Source: an uncultured delta proteobacterium (GTDB lineage Bacteria; Desulfobacterota; Binatia; UBA9968). From it: 64,000 bases of DNA. Position numbers and translations under genes: made by a program. The notes under the pieces were generated by a model that was not told the DNA's origin, did not search any database, and worked only from the letters and a program-made list of their open reading frames with translations. Shown here piece after piece: positions 1 to 9,773 of the stretch (the stretch's first letter is position 1; each line of letters begins with the position of its first letter). Where the stretch lies: contig CAWFJP010000002.1 in the NCBI GenBank assembly GCA_963816145.1, positions 288,245-352,244 of the forward strand, in the 5' to 3' direction.

Positions 1-915
1 ATTGGCTTGGAGCACGATATCGATGATATCGCTGAGTGCGATGTCGCGGTGGTGCGGCCCTTGGTAGTTGCCCCAGCAGACATGGATGCGCACCTGTTCA
101 GGCGGGATCATCTTGAGGGCATAGTTCAGACACTCAACATGTTTCTCGATGACTTTGCGAAATTGTTTGACGCTCAGGTGGGCGTAGTCGGTGTTGGCGC
201 CTGAGGCCAGGTCCGGGCAGTCGAGCTGCAAGACGAATCCAGCATCGACGATCGCTTGGTACTCATGACGCATGACATCGGCGACCGCCTGCATGTAGGT
301 CTCTTCGTTGGGATAGTATTCGTTGCGAAAAAAGCGCACGAAACAGCCGGGCGAAAGCGCCGACATGAAAACGTCCTGGGGTTGGGTCGTCGCGACTGCC
401 GCGGCCAGCCGCGCAATGTCGGTTTCCACCGCGGCGAAATCCCCCCAGCCTATGGGACCGGTGCAGACGTAAGCGAAGCCGCCGTTGTCGTGACCGTCGC
501 TCTGGGCGCGCGCCAGGTCGTAAAACTCGGCGATGTCGGTGCGGTAGTGGCGCGGCGCGCCGTCGATGTCGCGTCTGACTATCCCAGTATCGCGCGGCCG
601 GACAATCCCTTGGGCAACGCGCCATGGTTCGGCGCTCTGGGCGCGCGAGCGCAGTTTTCGCTCTAGGCCGCTGACCCTGTGCACGACATAATCATTCCAT
701 GCGGTTTTGCTGAATTCGCCGTCGCCGACGATGTCGATGCCGACTTCGATTTGGCGCCGGACCACATCGTCGATGGCCGTGGCCAGTGCGGCGTCGATCA
801 CGGTCTGATCGTAAGACTCGCCGCGGCGCTTGGCCGCCAGCGCTTGGCGCACTTGCGCCGGCAGCGGCAGGCTGCCGGTATGGGTGGTGAGAATGCGGTC
901 AGTGCTGCGCTTCAT
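1..915 (-). CDS. Cobalamin-independent methionine synthase II (core MetE-like) family protein, 3' end runs off the window
   Basis: Manual translation from ATG at 915 (GAGGAG upstream): MKRSTDRILTTHTGSLP...GIDIVGDGEFSK...LQLDCPDLA...RIHVCWGNYQGPHHRDI. The frame is open to position 1, so it is absent from the ORF track. Confidence 0.9.
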   Translation of the reverse strand, partial: MKRSTDRILTTHTGSLPLPAQVRQALAAKRRGESYDQTVIDAALATAIDDVVRRQIEVGIDIVGDGEFSKTAWNDYVVHRVSGLERKLRSRAQSAEPWRVAQGIVRPRDTGIVRRDIDGAPRHYRTDIAEFYDLARAQSDGHDNGGFAYVCTGPIGWGDFAAVETDIARLAAAVATTQPQDVFMSALSPGCFVRFFRNEYYPNEETYMQAVADVMRHEYQAIVDAGFVLQLDCPDLASGANTDYAHLSVKQFRKVIEKHVECLNYALKMIPPEQVRIHVCWGNYQGPHHRDIALSDIIDIVLQAN

Positions 916-1047
916 CGGAGTGCTCCTCGGCGTTGTACTTATTACCGACGTAGGAATTTTACAAGCAAAGGGAATCTGGGCGTCTCGCTCACGGGGGCTG
1001 CCGCTTTCACCTTCACCTAGAAGATCCTGCCGGCACAATCAAATTCC

Positions 1048-1130
1048 GTCATGCCGGTGAAAACCGGCATCCATCTTGGCTTACCCACCAAATTGAAGAA
1101 ATCCTAGATTTCGGCCGCCGCCGGAATGAC
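1048..1130. repeat. Palindromic intergenic repeat, family A (GTCAT.CCGG...GGAATGAC)
   Basis: GTCATGCCGGTGAAAACCGGCATCCA...CCGGAATGAC; related copies at 48100-48207 and 54205-54271. Confidence 0.75.
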
Positions 1131-1211
1131 AAGATCTGGAGTTGACTTATAACCGGCCGATCCGCCGATGGCATTGTCCTGTTTGGAGCGTTATAAAGTT
1201 GTCGAGGAAAT

Positions 1212-1823
1212 TTGTCGTTGAAAGGTATCGGAAAAGCAAAGCAGCGCTGCGCGGCATGCGGATCCTCGCTGACACTGTGCATGTGTGCGGAATTGCCGTG
1301 GTTGGAGTTGCGCACGAAGGTCGCGCTGGTGATTCATCGTCACGAGCTGCTGCGCAGCAGCAACACCGGCATGCTCGCCGTCAGAGCGCTGGTCAATAGC
1401 GAGCTGCGCATTCGCGGCGCAAGCCGGGCAACGCTCGATTTGACCGACCTGTTATCGCCACACTATCGGTCGTTGCTGTACTATCCCAGTACGGATGCTG
1501 TCGAACTCACTCCAGAGCTAGTTGCGCAAGACCCGCGGCCGATTCAACTGATTGTCCCGGACGGCACCTGGCGCCAAGCGCGCAAGATTCATTCGCGTCA
1601 GCGCGAATTAAGAGACGTGCCGCGGGTGAAGATCAGCACGCCCAACGACTCAACCTTTCAGTTGCGCGCCCAGAGCCGGCCGGAGGGGATGGCGACGCTG
1701 CTCGCCATCGCCGCAGCCTTGGGTATCATCGAAGGTGAAACGGTGGCGCTGCAGCTGATGCAGCTCTATCAGGCGCGGGTGGCGCGAACGCTCAGCGCCC
1801 GCGGCCTTCTAAGACCAAGTTAA
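1212..1823 (+). CDS. DTW-domain tRNA-uridine aminocarboxypropyltransferase (TapT-like)
   Basis: N-terminal CxxC...CxC, H..E..RSSNTG, LYYP, PDGTWRQARK motifs. Confidence 0.85.
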   Translation: MSLKGIGKAKQRCAACGSSLTLCMCAELPWLELRTKVALVIHRHELLRSSNTGMLAVRALVNSELRIRGASRATLDLTDLLSPHYRSLLYYPSTDAVELTPELVAQDPRPIQLIVPDGTWRQARKIHSRQRELRDVPRVKISTPNDSTFQLRAQSRPEGMATLLAIAAALGIIEGETVALQLMQLYQARVARTLSARGLLRPS

Positions 1824-1896
1824 AGATTAACCAGGCGCCAATACACGGGCGGACATTTTTAGTATTCAGGCTTCCGTGTGAAGCAGGGCTAGGAGA

Positions 1897-1988
1897 TTAC
1901 ACCGCCGAGGCGCGGAGAGCGCAGAGTAAAGATGGTTTGATTAAATAAAATGCTTCGAACTCTGCGAACTCTGTGCCTCTGTGGTGAA
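1897..1988. repeat. Palindromic repeat, family B (9-bp periodic arms, CACC...GGTGA)
   Basis: CACCGCCGAGGCGCGGAGAGCGCAGAG...CTCTGCGAACTCTGTGCCTCTGTGGTGAA. Confidence 0.65.
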
Positions 1989-2175
1989 TGTTTTGGACCA
2001 CATCCGGGGGCCAGTTCTGGCAATCACGCATCAAGCGATTCAAAAGTCGGACTTACCTATCTTAAGAATCGAGCAGGGATAGCTCGACATCTTTCTGCGA
2101 CAATCTGTCAGAGATCTTTCCTCCGCAAATCTCAACTCATTAGTGGCCGAACTTTTTGAACGCGCTTTTGCGCTA

Positions 2176-3169
2176 TCAATCGCCTTCGTCGTACGGCACC
2201 GTTACGAGCTGGTCTTTCGCCGATCTCGCGTCCTCGTTCCACATTTCCAGTAGCTTCGCGCTGAATGGTCCGGGTTTGCCGTCACCGATCTTTTGTCCGT
2301 CCCATTCAACCACCGGCGCGATTTTGATCGAGCTTCCGATGAGCATCATCTCTGCTGCGTCGCGACCTTCTTCGACGGGAAGATCAGCGATTCGCACGGC
2401 GTTGAGCACGCCTTCGTTGCACGAGCCGCTGAGCGAAAGCGAGAACTCTCTGAATCGTGATCCCCGATAGGATCGTGTCGAAGGGGGGATGGCGGAACAC
2501 GCGATCCTTAGTTACGAAGGCTACGTTCATGTTGGAGCTTTCCGCCACCATACCACGCTGGTCGATGAAAACGCCGTTGTCGGCGCCGCGGTCTTTGGCC
2601 TCCAGGACGACGAGCACATTGGGTAAATAATTGGTCGACTTGATGCGGGCAAAGAGCGGCGGCTTGATCGGCACCTGGCTGGTGACGAGTTTGATGCCCA
2701 GGCGGTAGTAACTCTCCGGGTACGCTTCCTGCTTAAAGACGATCACGTAGAAGCTGCTGCCGACGCACTCCGCGGGACCGAGGCCGTAGCCGCCGGGACC
2801 GGCGGAAAGCCAGTAGCGGACGGATCCGTCGCGCTGGCGGCTCGCCGCCGCGGTCGCCAAAATGATCTGGCGCAATTGCTCTCGCGAAAATGGCAACGTA
2901 ATGCGCGCGCCGTCGGCCGACTTGATCAAGCGATCCAAGTGCGGGTCGAGTTGATAGAGCATTCCGTGCGTCAGCGTGGCCGTATCGAAGACGGCGTGGC
3001 CGCGGTGCACCATGTGATCGTCGAGCGGCAGCACCATGAGCGCGGGGTCGGTGACGATGCCGCCGAGAACGCTCGAGTACATCGCGTAGAAATTGTTCGC
3101 CTTCGCGTGGACCGCCTGCCGCAAACCGGCAATCGCTTCCTCTGAGGTAAAGACAGGGATTGTCGCCAT
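2176..3169 (-). CDS. Class IV PLP aminotransferase (D-amino acid aminotransferase/ADC lyase-like), with one apparent frameshift
   Basis: HRGHAVFDT, IKSTNYL, ESSNMN, ILSGIT motifs. The C-terminus (EMMLIGSS..IAPVVEWDGQKIGDGKPGP) is in another frame after an extra base near 2419. Confidence 0.85.
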
Positions 3170-3264
3170 GGTTTATTTCCGCTTTCGTCTCAAATTCAGC
3201 TTGCTCGATACATTGTCTGGTAGGAAAAGGTCACGACCGTTTCCCGCTGCAACCATCCTTCGAT

Positions 3265-4347
3265 CTAATCTCTAATATCCTGCAAGAACCAACTCGTCGG
3301 AATCTCCTGTCCCAAGCCGCGCTTCTTCGCTTCACGCACGACGTAGCCCGCGGTTGACGCAAACTGCAATCCTTGGGTGCCGCTGTTGGCGAAGAATGTG
3401 ACTTGGTTCTTGTCGGTGCGGCCTTGGCGCTGGCCGGAGATCACCTCGGTGAGGACGGGATAATCTCTGGAGAAGATGTCGACTTTGGGGTTGGCGATGC
3501 GCTTGATCTCTTCGGCGTTGCCGGCGACCACCGCGGCTTCGCCGCCGATGCGCAGCTGGCCGACGTCGAGATTCAGTGTCGGGCGGCCCATGCGGATCAC
3601 GACGTCGGAATTTTGCACGATCTCGGGGCTCCACTCGTTGGCTTTGACGCAGGTGAGGTGCATGCCGGACTCGATCAGATCGGGATCGCTGACCAGAACT
3701 TGGATCGAGTCGGTGCAGGTGGCGACGATATCCGAGCCGCGCAGCACTTCTTCCGGCTTGTCGACGGGGATGATTTCCAAACCCAGTTTTTTGCCCATCT
3801 CGTCGGCGTAGGTTTCGCGATTCTTCTTCGTCGGGCTGTAGACTTTGACCTTGGTGATCTTGCGCACTTCGTTAAAGGCCAATAGATAGGTGCGTGCCAT
3901 GCCGCCAGAACCGAAAATGCCGACGGTCTTGGAATCTTCGCGGGAGAGATATTTCACGCCGAGACCGGCGCAGGCGCCGACGCGCATATGTTGGATGATG
4001 CCGTCGTTGATGATCGCCAGCGGCTCGCCATTCTTGGTCGAAAAGACCATGACAAAACCGCAGAACGTGCCGGGCTGGACGCAATACTTTTCCACGGTCT
4101 TGCCGTCGGGCCATTCGAGCATGTCGGACTTCATGCGGATGGCAAACGTCTCGAAGGAGCGCGAGGCGCCTTCCATGGTGCCCCAGCGATACATCAGCTT
4201 GGGGTCGTCATTGGGGACGAAAAAGTCGTAGCGGCCCCGGTAGTTGGCGCGTTCGTTAACCAGGTCGCGGTAGCCGGTGTCGAGGGCTGCGACGCAGCCC
4301 TTCATATCGAGGATCTGTTCGACGACTTTGTTATTGATCAGCAGCAT
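3265..4347 (-). CDS. Ornithine cyclodeaminase/mu-crystallin family protein
   Basis: MRVGACAGLG, GIFGSGGMA Rossmann motif, GRTDKNQVTFF, GLQFA. Confidence 0.85.
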   Translation of the reverse strand: MLLINNKVVEQILDMKGCVAALDTGYRDLVNERANYRGRYDFFVPNDDPKLMYRWGTMEGASRSFETFAIRMKSDMLEWPDGKTVEKYCVQPGTFCGFVMVFSTKNGEPLAIINDGIIQHMRVGACAGLGVKYLSREDSKTVGIFGSGGMARTYLLAFNEVRKITKVKVYSPTKKNRETYADEMGKKLGLEIIPVDKPEEVLRGSDIVATCTDSIQVLVSDPDLIESGMHLTCVKANEWSPEIVQNSDVVIRMGRPTLNLDVGQLRIGGEAAVVAGNAEEIKRIANPKVDIFSRDYPVLTEVISGQRQGRTDKNQVTFFANSGTQGLQFASTAGYVVREAKKRGLGQEIPTSWFLQDIRD

Positions 4348-4446
4348 GGAGCCTCCGGTGTCAGGGCACTGACGATTCTATTTCGTACAAGCGCGGCGAA
4401 TGCAAGCGCAGATATGCCAACGCCGGCTCTTGCGTCGCAGCGGGAC

Positions 4447-4473
4447 GAGATTTCTCGCTTTGCTCGGAATGAC
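4447..4473. repeat. Half copy of palindromic repeat family C
   Basis: GAGATTTCTCGCTTTGCTCGGAATGAC is the reverse complement of the arm type seen at 45213-45240. Confidence 0.55.
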
Positions 4474-4527
4474 AGCGTCGTTCATAAGGAGCGATGTAGT
4501 GAATGTTGCTTGCTCGCGTGCGCAAGC

Positions 4528-4552
4528 AAAAAGGCGCCGCTATGAGCGGCGC
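4528..4552 (-). terminator. Probable intrinsic terminator of the DUF1178 gene
   Basis: GCGCCGCT-ATG-AGCGGCGC hairpin with an adjacent A run (U tract on the minus strand) just downstream of the stop. Confidence 0.6.
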
Positions 4553-4584
4553 TTGGGATGAACAATGCTGGGGGAAGCGAAAGG

Positions 4585-5037
4585 TTAGCTGTCGAGCTCG
4601 GGCTTGGGCAGCGGCATGCAGGGCACGCCTTCTTCGGCGAGTTCTTTGACTTCGCTGAGGGTGGCGGTGCCGTGTATCGGCCGCTCTTCCGCCTCGCCTT
4701 TGTGGATCTGCTTGGCTTCTTCGGCGAAGCGCGGGCCTACGTCTTCGAAATTCTCTTTGACGTAGTGATGCACGCGCAGGAGCATCTCTTTGAATTCCGC
4801 TGCGGTCGGCGGCGGCGCGGGAACCGGGGTGGTCTTCTGGGCCTTTGCCGGCAGCGCGGGCGGCTGCTCTTTCTTTACATGGACGGCGCAGGCATGGGGC
4901 ATTTTTTCAACTTTGGTGGTGCCGCAAGTGGGGCAAGAAATGAGCTTCCTGTCGGCCTGTTTCTGGAAGTCTTCGAAGCTCGGAAACCAGCCTTCGAAGC
5001 TGTGATTTTTCTTACAGAGGAGGTTGTAGATGACCAT
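4585..5037 (-). CDS. DUF1178 family zinc-ribbon protein
   Basis: C...H.FEGWF, CPTCG, VGPRFAEEA, IHGTAT..E..EL.EEG. Confidence 0.85.
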   Translation of the reverse strand: MVIYNLLCKKNHSFEGWFPSFEDFQKQADRKLISCPTCGTTKVEKMPHACAVHVKKEQPPALPAKAQKTTPVPAPPPTAAEFKEMLLRVHHYVKENFEDVGPRFAEEAKQIHKGEAEERPIHGTATLSEVKELAEEGVPCMPLPKPELDS

Positions 5038-5184
5038 AGGAATTGACCGTTGTGATAATCAATAAGGGTGCCAAGGCAGCTTGTCAAGGGTGGCCGGTGC
5101 TTGCGAGAAGCGGCAAGGCGCCAAAAGCGGTTTGGATTCCAATCCTTTGCGCAAAAGTATAAAAAGGGCGGTGAAACCGTTAGG

Positions 5185-6354
5185 ATGAAAGCAATGGCGG
5201 ATCAAATCAGCTTGCGAGTGGTGCAGAAGATTGCCGGAGTGGCGCGCGAACGTTGGGATGCGCTGGTCGGCGAGGCGACGCCGTTTCTCAAGTGGGACTG
5301 GCTCGAAAGTCTGGAACAATCCGGTTGCGTCAACGATAAGTCCGGCTGGCTGCCGCATCATATCGTGGTCGAAAAGGGCGGCGAGCTGATTGCCGCCTGC
5401 CCGATGTATTTGAAGCTGCATAGCATGGGCGAGTTCGTCTTCGACTACGAATGGGCTGAGGCGGCCCAGCATGCGGGCATTCAATACTATCCCAAGATGT
5501 TGGTGGGCGTGCCGTTCACACCGGTGACCGGCCACCGGTTTGTTACCGCACCCGGCGAAGATCGTCCGCAGTTGATTCAGTTCATGGGCCAAGCGTTGGC
5601 GAAGATCGCCGCTGACAACAAGATCTCTTCAGTGCATGTGAATTTTTGCCTGGCCGACGAACGCGAGGCGTTGGAAGCGGTGGGGTTCTTTCCGCGCCAT
5701 GGCATACAGTATCATTGGCAGAATCGCAACTTTAGTTCATTCGACGATTACCTCGCCAGCTTTCGCAGCGATCGGCGCAACAAGGTCAAACGCGAGCGGC
5801 GCGAGGTGGCCGAGCGCGGCATCACGATTCGCGCCTATGAGGGTGAGGAACTCACACAAAAACACCTGCGAACAATGTTTAGCCTGTACAAAGGGCATGT
5901 CGACCGGCTTTACTACGGCCGGCAATATTTGACCCGGGAGTTTTTCGACGAACTACACAAGCGTTTTGCGACGAATTTGTGCTTGATGCTCGCCGAACGC
6001 GACGGCAAGATCATCGCCGGCACGTTCAACGTGCGCGACGACAAGGCGATGTACGGCCGCTATTGGGGCTGTTCCGAGGAGCATCCGTTTCTCCATTTCA
6101 ACGTCTGTTACTATTCCGCCATCGAGCATTCGATTCGGACCGGGCTCGAACGCTTCGAAGCCGGCGCCGGCGGCAGTTTCAAACAGCTGCGCGGCCTCGA
6201 TCCCGAACATACCACCAGTGTGCATTACATCGTCGACGGCAAGTTTCGCCGGGCAGTGGAGCGCTTTCTCGCCCAAGAGCGGGAAATGATCCGGCGCAAA
6301 CGCGAGATGCAGCTGGAGCATAGCCAGTTAAAGCGGGAGCAGGAAGAGCCGTAA
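5185..6354 (+). CDS. FemAB-like GNAT protein (DUF482/peptidoglycan biosynthesis-recognition family)
   Basis: YLKLHSMGEFVFD..WA, YYPK, PFTPVTG, YGRYWG, LHFNVCYY, FEAGAGG; start uncertain (5185 or 5194). Confidence 0.85.
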   Translation: MKAMADQISLRVVQKIAGVARERWDALVGEATPFLKWDWLESLEQSGCVNDKSGWLPHHIVVEKGGELIAACPMYLKLHSMGEFVFDYEWAEAAQHAGIQYYPKMLVGVPFTPVTGHRFVTAPGEDRPQLIQFMGQALAKIAADNKISSVHVNFCLADEREALEAVGFFPRHGIQYHWQNRNFSSFDDYLASFRSDRRNKVKRERREVAERGITIRAYEGEELTQKHLRTMFSLYKGHVDRLYYGRQYLTREFFDELHKRFATNLCLMLAERDGKIIAGTFNVRDDKAMYGRYWGCSEEHPFLHFNVCYYSAIEHSIRTGLERFEAGAGGSFKQLRGLDPEHTTSVHYIVDGKFRRAVERFLAQEREMIRRKREMQLEHSQLKREQEEP

Positions 6355-6384
6355 AGCCGTGATCGCGGTTCCGCGATCACGGCT
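6355..6384. terminator. Perfect hairpin between convergent genes
   Basis: AGCCGTGATCGCG-GTTC-CGCGATCACGGCT immediately after the stop at 6354. Confidence 0.6.
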
Positions 6385-6385
6385 G

Positions 6386-6416
6386 GTTCAAGGTTCAAGG
6401 GTTCAAAAGTTCAAGG
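6386..6416. repeat. Short tandem GTTCAAG-type 7/8-mer repeats
   Basis: GTTCAAG GTTCAAGG GTTCAAAA GTTCAAGG; same unit at 46808-46937. Confidence 0.7.
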
Positions 6417-6461
6417 TCGGATTCGGAACGGAAATTCATCGCGGAGATTCTAGCTGCTTCG

Positions 6462-7775
6462 TTAGAGTAGGGTGCCGCTCAGGACCACGGCGGCGACGGT
6501 AAAATAGATCACTAGTCCGGTGACATCGACTAGGGTTGCGACAAACGGCGCCGACGCGCTCGCTGGGTCGAAGCCCAGCGATCTCAGGATAAACGGCAGG
6601 ATCGATCCCACCAGCGAGCCCCACATCACCACGCCAACCAAGCTTAACCCGACCGTCAGAGCGATGAGAAAATAGTGTTCGCCATAGGCGTTAAACAAGA
6701 ATTGCCAGAGCAGTATTCGAACCAGACCGATGGCGGCGAGGATGCTGCCGAGTGCCAGCCCGGTGGCGAACTCGCGACGGATGACACGCCACCAGTCGCG
6801 CAGGTGCACTTCGCCCAAGGCCATGGCGCGGATGACCAGTGTCGTTGCTTGCGAGCCGGAATTGCCGCCGCTGCTGATGATCAACGGCACGAACAGCGCG
6901 AGTATGACCGCGCTGGCGATCTCCGCTTCGAAGTATCCCATCGCCGTCGCGGTCAGCATCTCGCCCAAAAAGAGCGCGGCCAGCCAGCCGGCACGTTTGC
7001 GGATCATCTTGGGCAATGAAACCTGCAGATACGGTCCGTCCAACGACTCGACGCCGCCGATTTTTTGAATGTCTTCGGTGGCTTCTTCCTGGACGACATC
7101 GACGATGTCGTCGACGCTGACGATGCCCTTGATGCGCCCCGCGCCATCGACGACGGGAATCATCAACAGATGGTGGCGCATAAACAGCTTGCTCAAGGCC
7201 TCTTGGTCCATCTCTTCGTTTGCTGAAATGATCTGCGTGCGCATGACCTCACGAATCGTCTTGTCGGCCAGAGCGACGATCAGATCGCGAAACGTGATGA
7301 CGCCGAGCAATCGTTCTTCGTGGTCGACGACGTAGGCATAATAAGTAGTTCGCGCCCGCGTTTGGGCGTCGCGGCGCAGGTAGCTGATCGCCTCGCCGAC
7401 CGTCATGTCGGGACGCAGACGCGAGTAGCGGGTGTTCATCAAGCCGCCGGCATCGTCCTCGGCATAATCGAGCAGCCCCTTGACTTCCCGCTGGGTCGCA
7501 TCGTCGAGCAGCTCGAGCAGCTCGGTTCGCTCCTCGCCTGGAGCTTCCTGGATGAGATCGGCGGCGTCGTCGGGGGCGAGCAGACGCATCCATAGCCGCC
7601 GTTCGCCTGGCGGCAGGCCGAGTACCAAATGGGTTCGATCGCGAAGGTTTAATTGAAGGAAGAACGATTCGGCATCGTCCCGCCGCAAATATTCAAAGCC
7701 CTCTGCCCGTTCGGGCTGGGAGAGGACCGGCCAAGCGTCGTAGAGCTCTGTGGGGGTGAATGTTTTTTGTGCCAT
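6462..7775 (-). CDS. mgtE: Magnesium transporter MgtE
   Basis: N domain plus CBS pair, EEATEDI, SGGNSGSQ, DPA.ASAPFVATLVDVTG. Confidence 0.92.
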   Translation of the reverse strand: MAQKTFTPTELYDAWPVLSQPERAEGFEYLRRDDAESFFLQLNLRDRTHLVLGLPPGERRLWMRLLAPDDAADLIQEAPGEERTELLELLDDATQREVKGLLDYAEDDAGGLMNTRYSRLRPDMTVGEAISYLRRDAQTRARTTYYAYVVDHEERLLGVITFRDLIVALADKTIREVMRTQIISANEEMDQEALSKLFMRHHLLMIPVVDGAGRIKGIVSVDDIVDVVQEEATEDIQKIGGVESLDGPYLQVSLPKMIRKRAGWLAALFLGEMLTATAMGYFEAEIASAVILALFVPLIISSGGNSGSQATTLVIRAMALGEVHLRDWWRVIRREFATGLALGSILAAIGLVRILLWQFLFNAYGEHYFLIALTVGLSLVGVVMWGSLVGSILPFILRSLGFDPASASAPFVATLVDVTGLVIYFTVAAVVLSGTLL

Positions 7776-7949
7776 CGCGCGCCTGTTTGAGCGACTACTT
7801 CGCTCATTCCTAACACATCATCTCGCTCGTGCAATCGATTACGACTGGCCAGTGTGTATCGAGCGTGCTATCGAGTCGAAAACATTCCTCACGCCGGCAA
7901 TTTCTTGACTCCACTGCGGCTTTCCATTAACGTCGGCGCCAGTGCAGCT

Positions 7950-8726
7950 GTGAAATCTTCCTGGAAAAATGTCGCCGAGCCGGTGGTTTTCTTCACTGTC
8001 CTACTGATATTGTGGGAGATCCTGGTCGAAGTCATCAAGGTTCCTTCGTTTATTCTACCGCCGCCACGCGACCTATGGACGGCGTTTTTCAAAAAGCTGC
8101 CGATACTCGGCCACCATTCGTTGATTACTTTCATCGAAGCCTTCGGCGGCTTCGCCTTGTCGCTGATACTCGGCGTCGGCTTCGCCATCTCGGTGGTTTA
8201 TTCGCGCCATTTGCAAAACACCATCTATCCGTTGATCGTCATTCTCTACGCCATGCCCAAGAGCGCCTTTGCGCCGTTGATGGTGATCTGGGTGGGTTAC
8301 GGGCTGGTCTCGAAAATTTCGATCGCTTTCCTGGTGGCGTTTTTCCCCATCGTGGTAAATACCGTGGTTGGTTTGAAGGAAGTCGAACCTGAACTTCTGG
8401 AGCTGGCGCGCATCAACCGCGGCACGGCGTGGGATGTCTTTACGAAGATTCGCCTGCCCAACTCGCTGCCCTATATGTTCGCTGGCATTAAAGTCGCCAT
8501 CGTGCTCTCGGTCACCGGCGCCATCGTCGCCGAGTTCGTTGCCGCCAATGAAGGGTTGGGCTATCTGGTGCTGCAGGCCAACTACAGTTTGGACACCGCG
8601 TTTGCCTTGGTGATCTTGCTCATTCTCGCGGTGTTGTCTTTGGCGCTGTTTTGGCTGGCGGAGTTCTGTCAAAGAAAACTCGCGCCCTGGAGCGCGGCGG
8701 TGCGCGAAGTTGAAGGTTCGTTTTAA
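7950..8726 (+). CDS. NitT/TauT family ABC transporter permease
   Basis: FILPPP, PKSAFAPL, KIRLPNSLPYMF, GAIVAEFV, GLGYL; start uncertain. Confidence 0.88.
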   Translation: MKSSWKNVAEPVVFFTVLLILWEILVEVIKVPSFILPPPRDLWTAFFKKLPILGHHSLITFIEAFGGFALSLILGVGFAISVVYSRHLQNTIYPLIVILYAMPKSAFAPLMVIWVGYGLVSKISIAFLVAFFPIVVNTVVGLKEVEPELLELARINRGTAWDVFTKIRLPNSLPYMFAGIKVAIVLSVTGAIVAEFVAANEGLGYLVLQANYSLDTAFALVILLILAVLSLALFWLAEFCQRKLAPWSAAVREVEGSF

Positions 8727-8747
8727 TTTCCGGTCTGCGGAGGAAAC

Positions 8748-9749
8748 ATGAAGTATTGGTTTACGACATCGATAGCGGTTGGCTTGGCACTCGCGATCAC
8801 CGGTTCCGGAGTTTCGCTCCAAGCCGCTGAATTGACGCCGGCGAACATCCGCATGGATTTTATCATCGGTGGCAAGCATGCGCCCTGGTACGTCGCCTTG
8901 GAAAAAGGTTTCTATGCCAAGCGCGGCTTGGCAGCGACGATTCAGGCGAGCACGGGTTCGGCGGATACCGTGCGCATTGTCGGTTCCGGCGGCGCCGACT
9001 TCGGCTTTGCCGATGCCGCGACCATGATCGTTGCCAGGTCCCGCGGCACACCGGTGCAAGCCGCGGCGCAGTTCGGTTATGTCGGCGCGACGATCTTGTG
9101 GCGCGATGAGGGCGTGATCAAAAGCATCAAGGACCTCCCCGGCAAGTCGTGGGCCATCAGCCCCGGCCAGGCGCAGTGGTATCTGATGCCGGCCTACGCG
9201 CGCATCAATAAGATCGATTTCAAAGCAATCAAGATTCAGGAAACCGCGGCGCCTATCCAACCGGCGGCGTTGGCGACTAAGAAGGCCGACTTCATCATCA
9301 TGTACCGCGCATCCAACGATGAGGTTGCCGAGCAGGCGGCGGCGAAGGTCGGCGTCAAGCTCACCCGCGTGTTTATGAAAGACACCGGCCTGGATATTTA
9401 CGGCACCAGCCTGATCGTCAAGGACGAAGACGTCAAGAAACGGCCGGAATTCGTGCGCGCTTACGTTGAAGGGACGTTGGAAGGACTGCGCTACGCGCGC
9501 GACAACCAGGAAGAGGCGCTGAAAATCCTGCTTAAGCACAAACCCGAGCTCGACTCGGCGCTGACCACGCAGCAGCTCAAGAACGCGCTCACCGAAGTGT
9601 TCCTGCCGCTGGAATCGGTCAACGTCGGCATGGGCTACATGAAGCCGGAGATCATGGAGAAGACCGTCAGGACGGTGAATGACTACTTCGATGTCGGCCG
9701 CAAGGTCGCGGCCAAGGAAGTTTATACCAATCAATTTGTCAAGCGTTGA
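8748..9749 (+). CDS. NitT/TauT (NMT1/THI5-like) substrate-binding protein
   Basis: Signal peptide, GKHAPWYVALEKGFY, GS...V..VGSG.ADFG. Confidence 0.85.
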   Translation: MKYWFTTSIAVGLALAITGSGVSLQAAELTPANIRMDFIIGGKHAPWYVALEKGFYAKRGLAATIQASTGSADTVRIVGSGGADFGFADAATMIVARSRGTPVQAAAQFGYVGATILWRDEGVIKSIKDLPGKSWAISPGQAQWYLMPAYARINKIDFKAIKIQETAAPIQPAALATKKADFIIMYRASNDEVAEQAAAKVGVKLTRVFMKDTGLDIYGTSLIVKDEDVKKRPEFVRAYVEGTLEGLRYARDNQEEALKILLKHKPELDSALTTQQLKNALTEVFLPLESVNVGMGYMKPEIMEKTVRTVNDYFDVGRKVAAKEVYTNQFVKR

Positions 9750-9773
9750 CCTGCTCTGGTTGAAAGTAATGAC

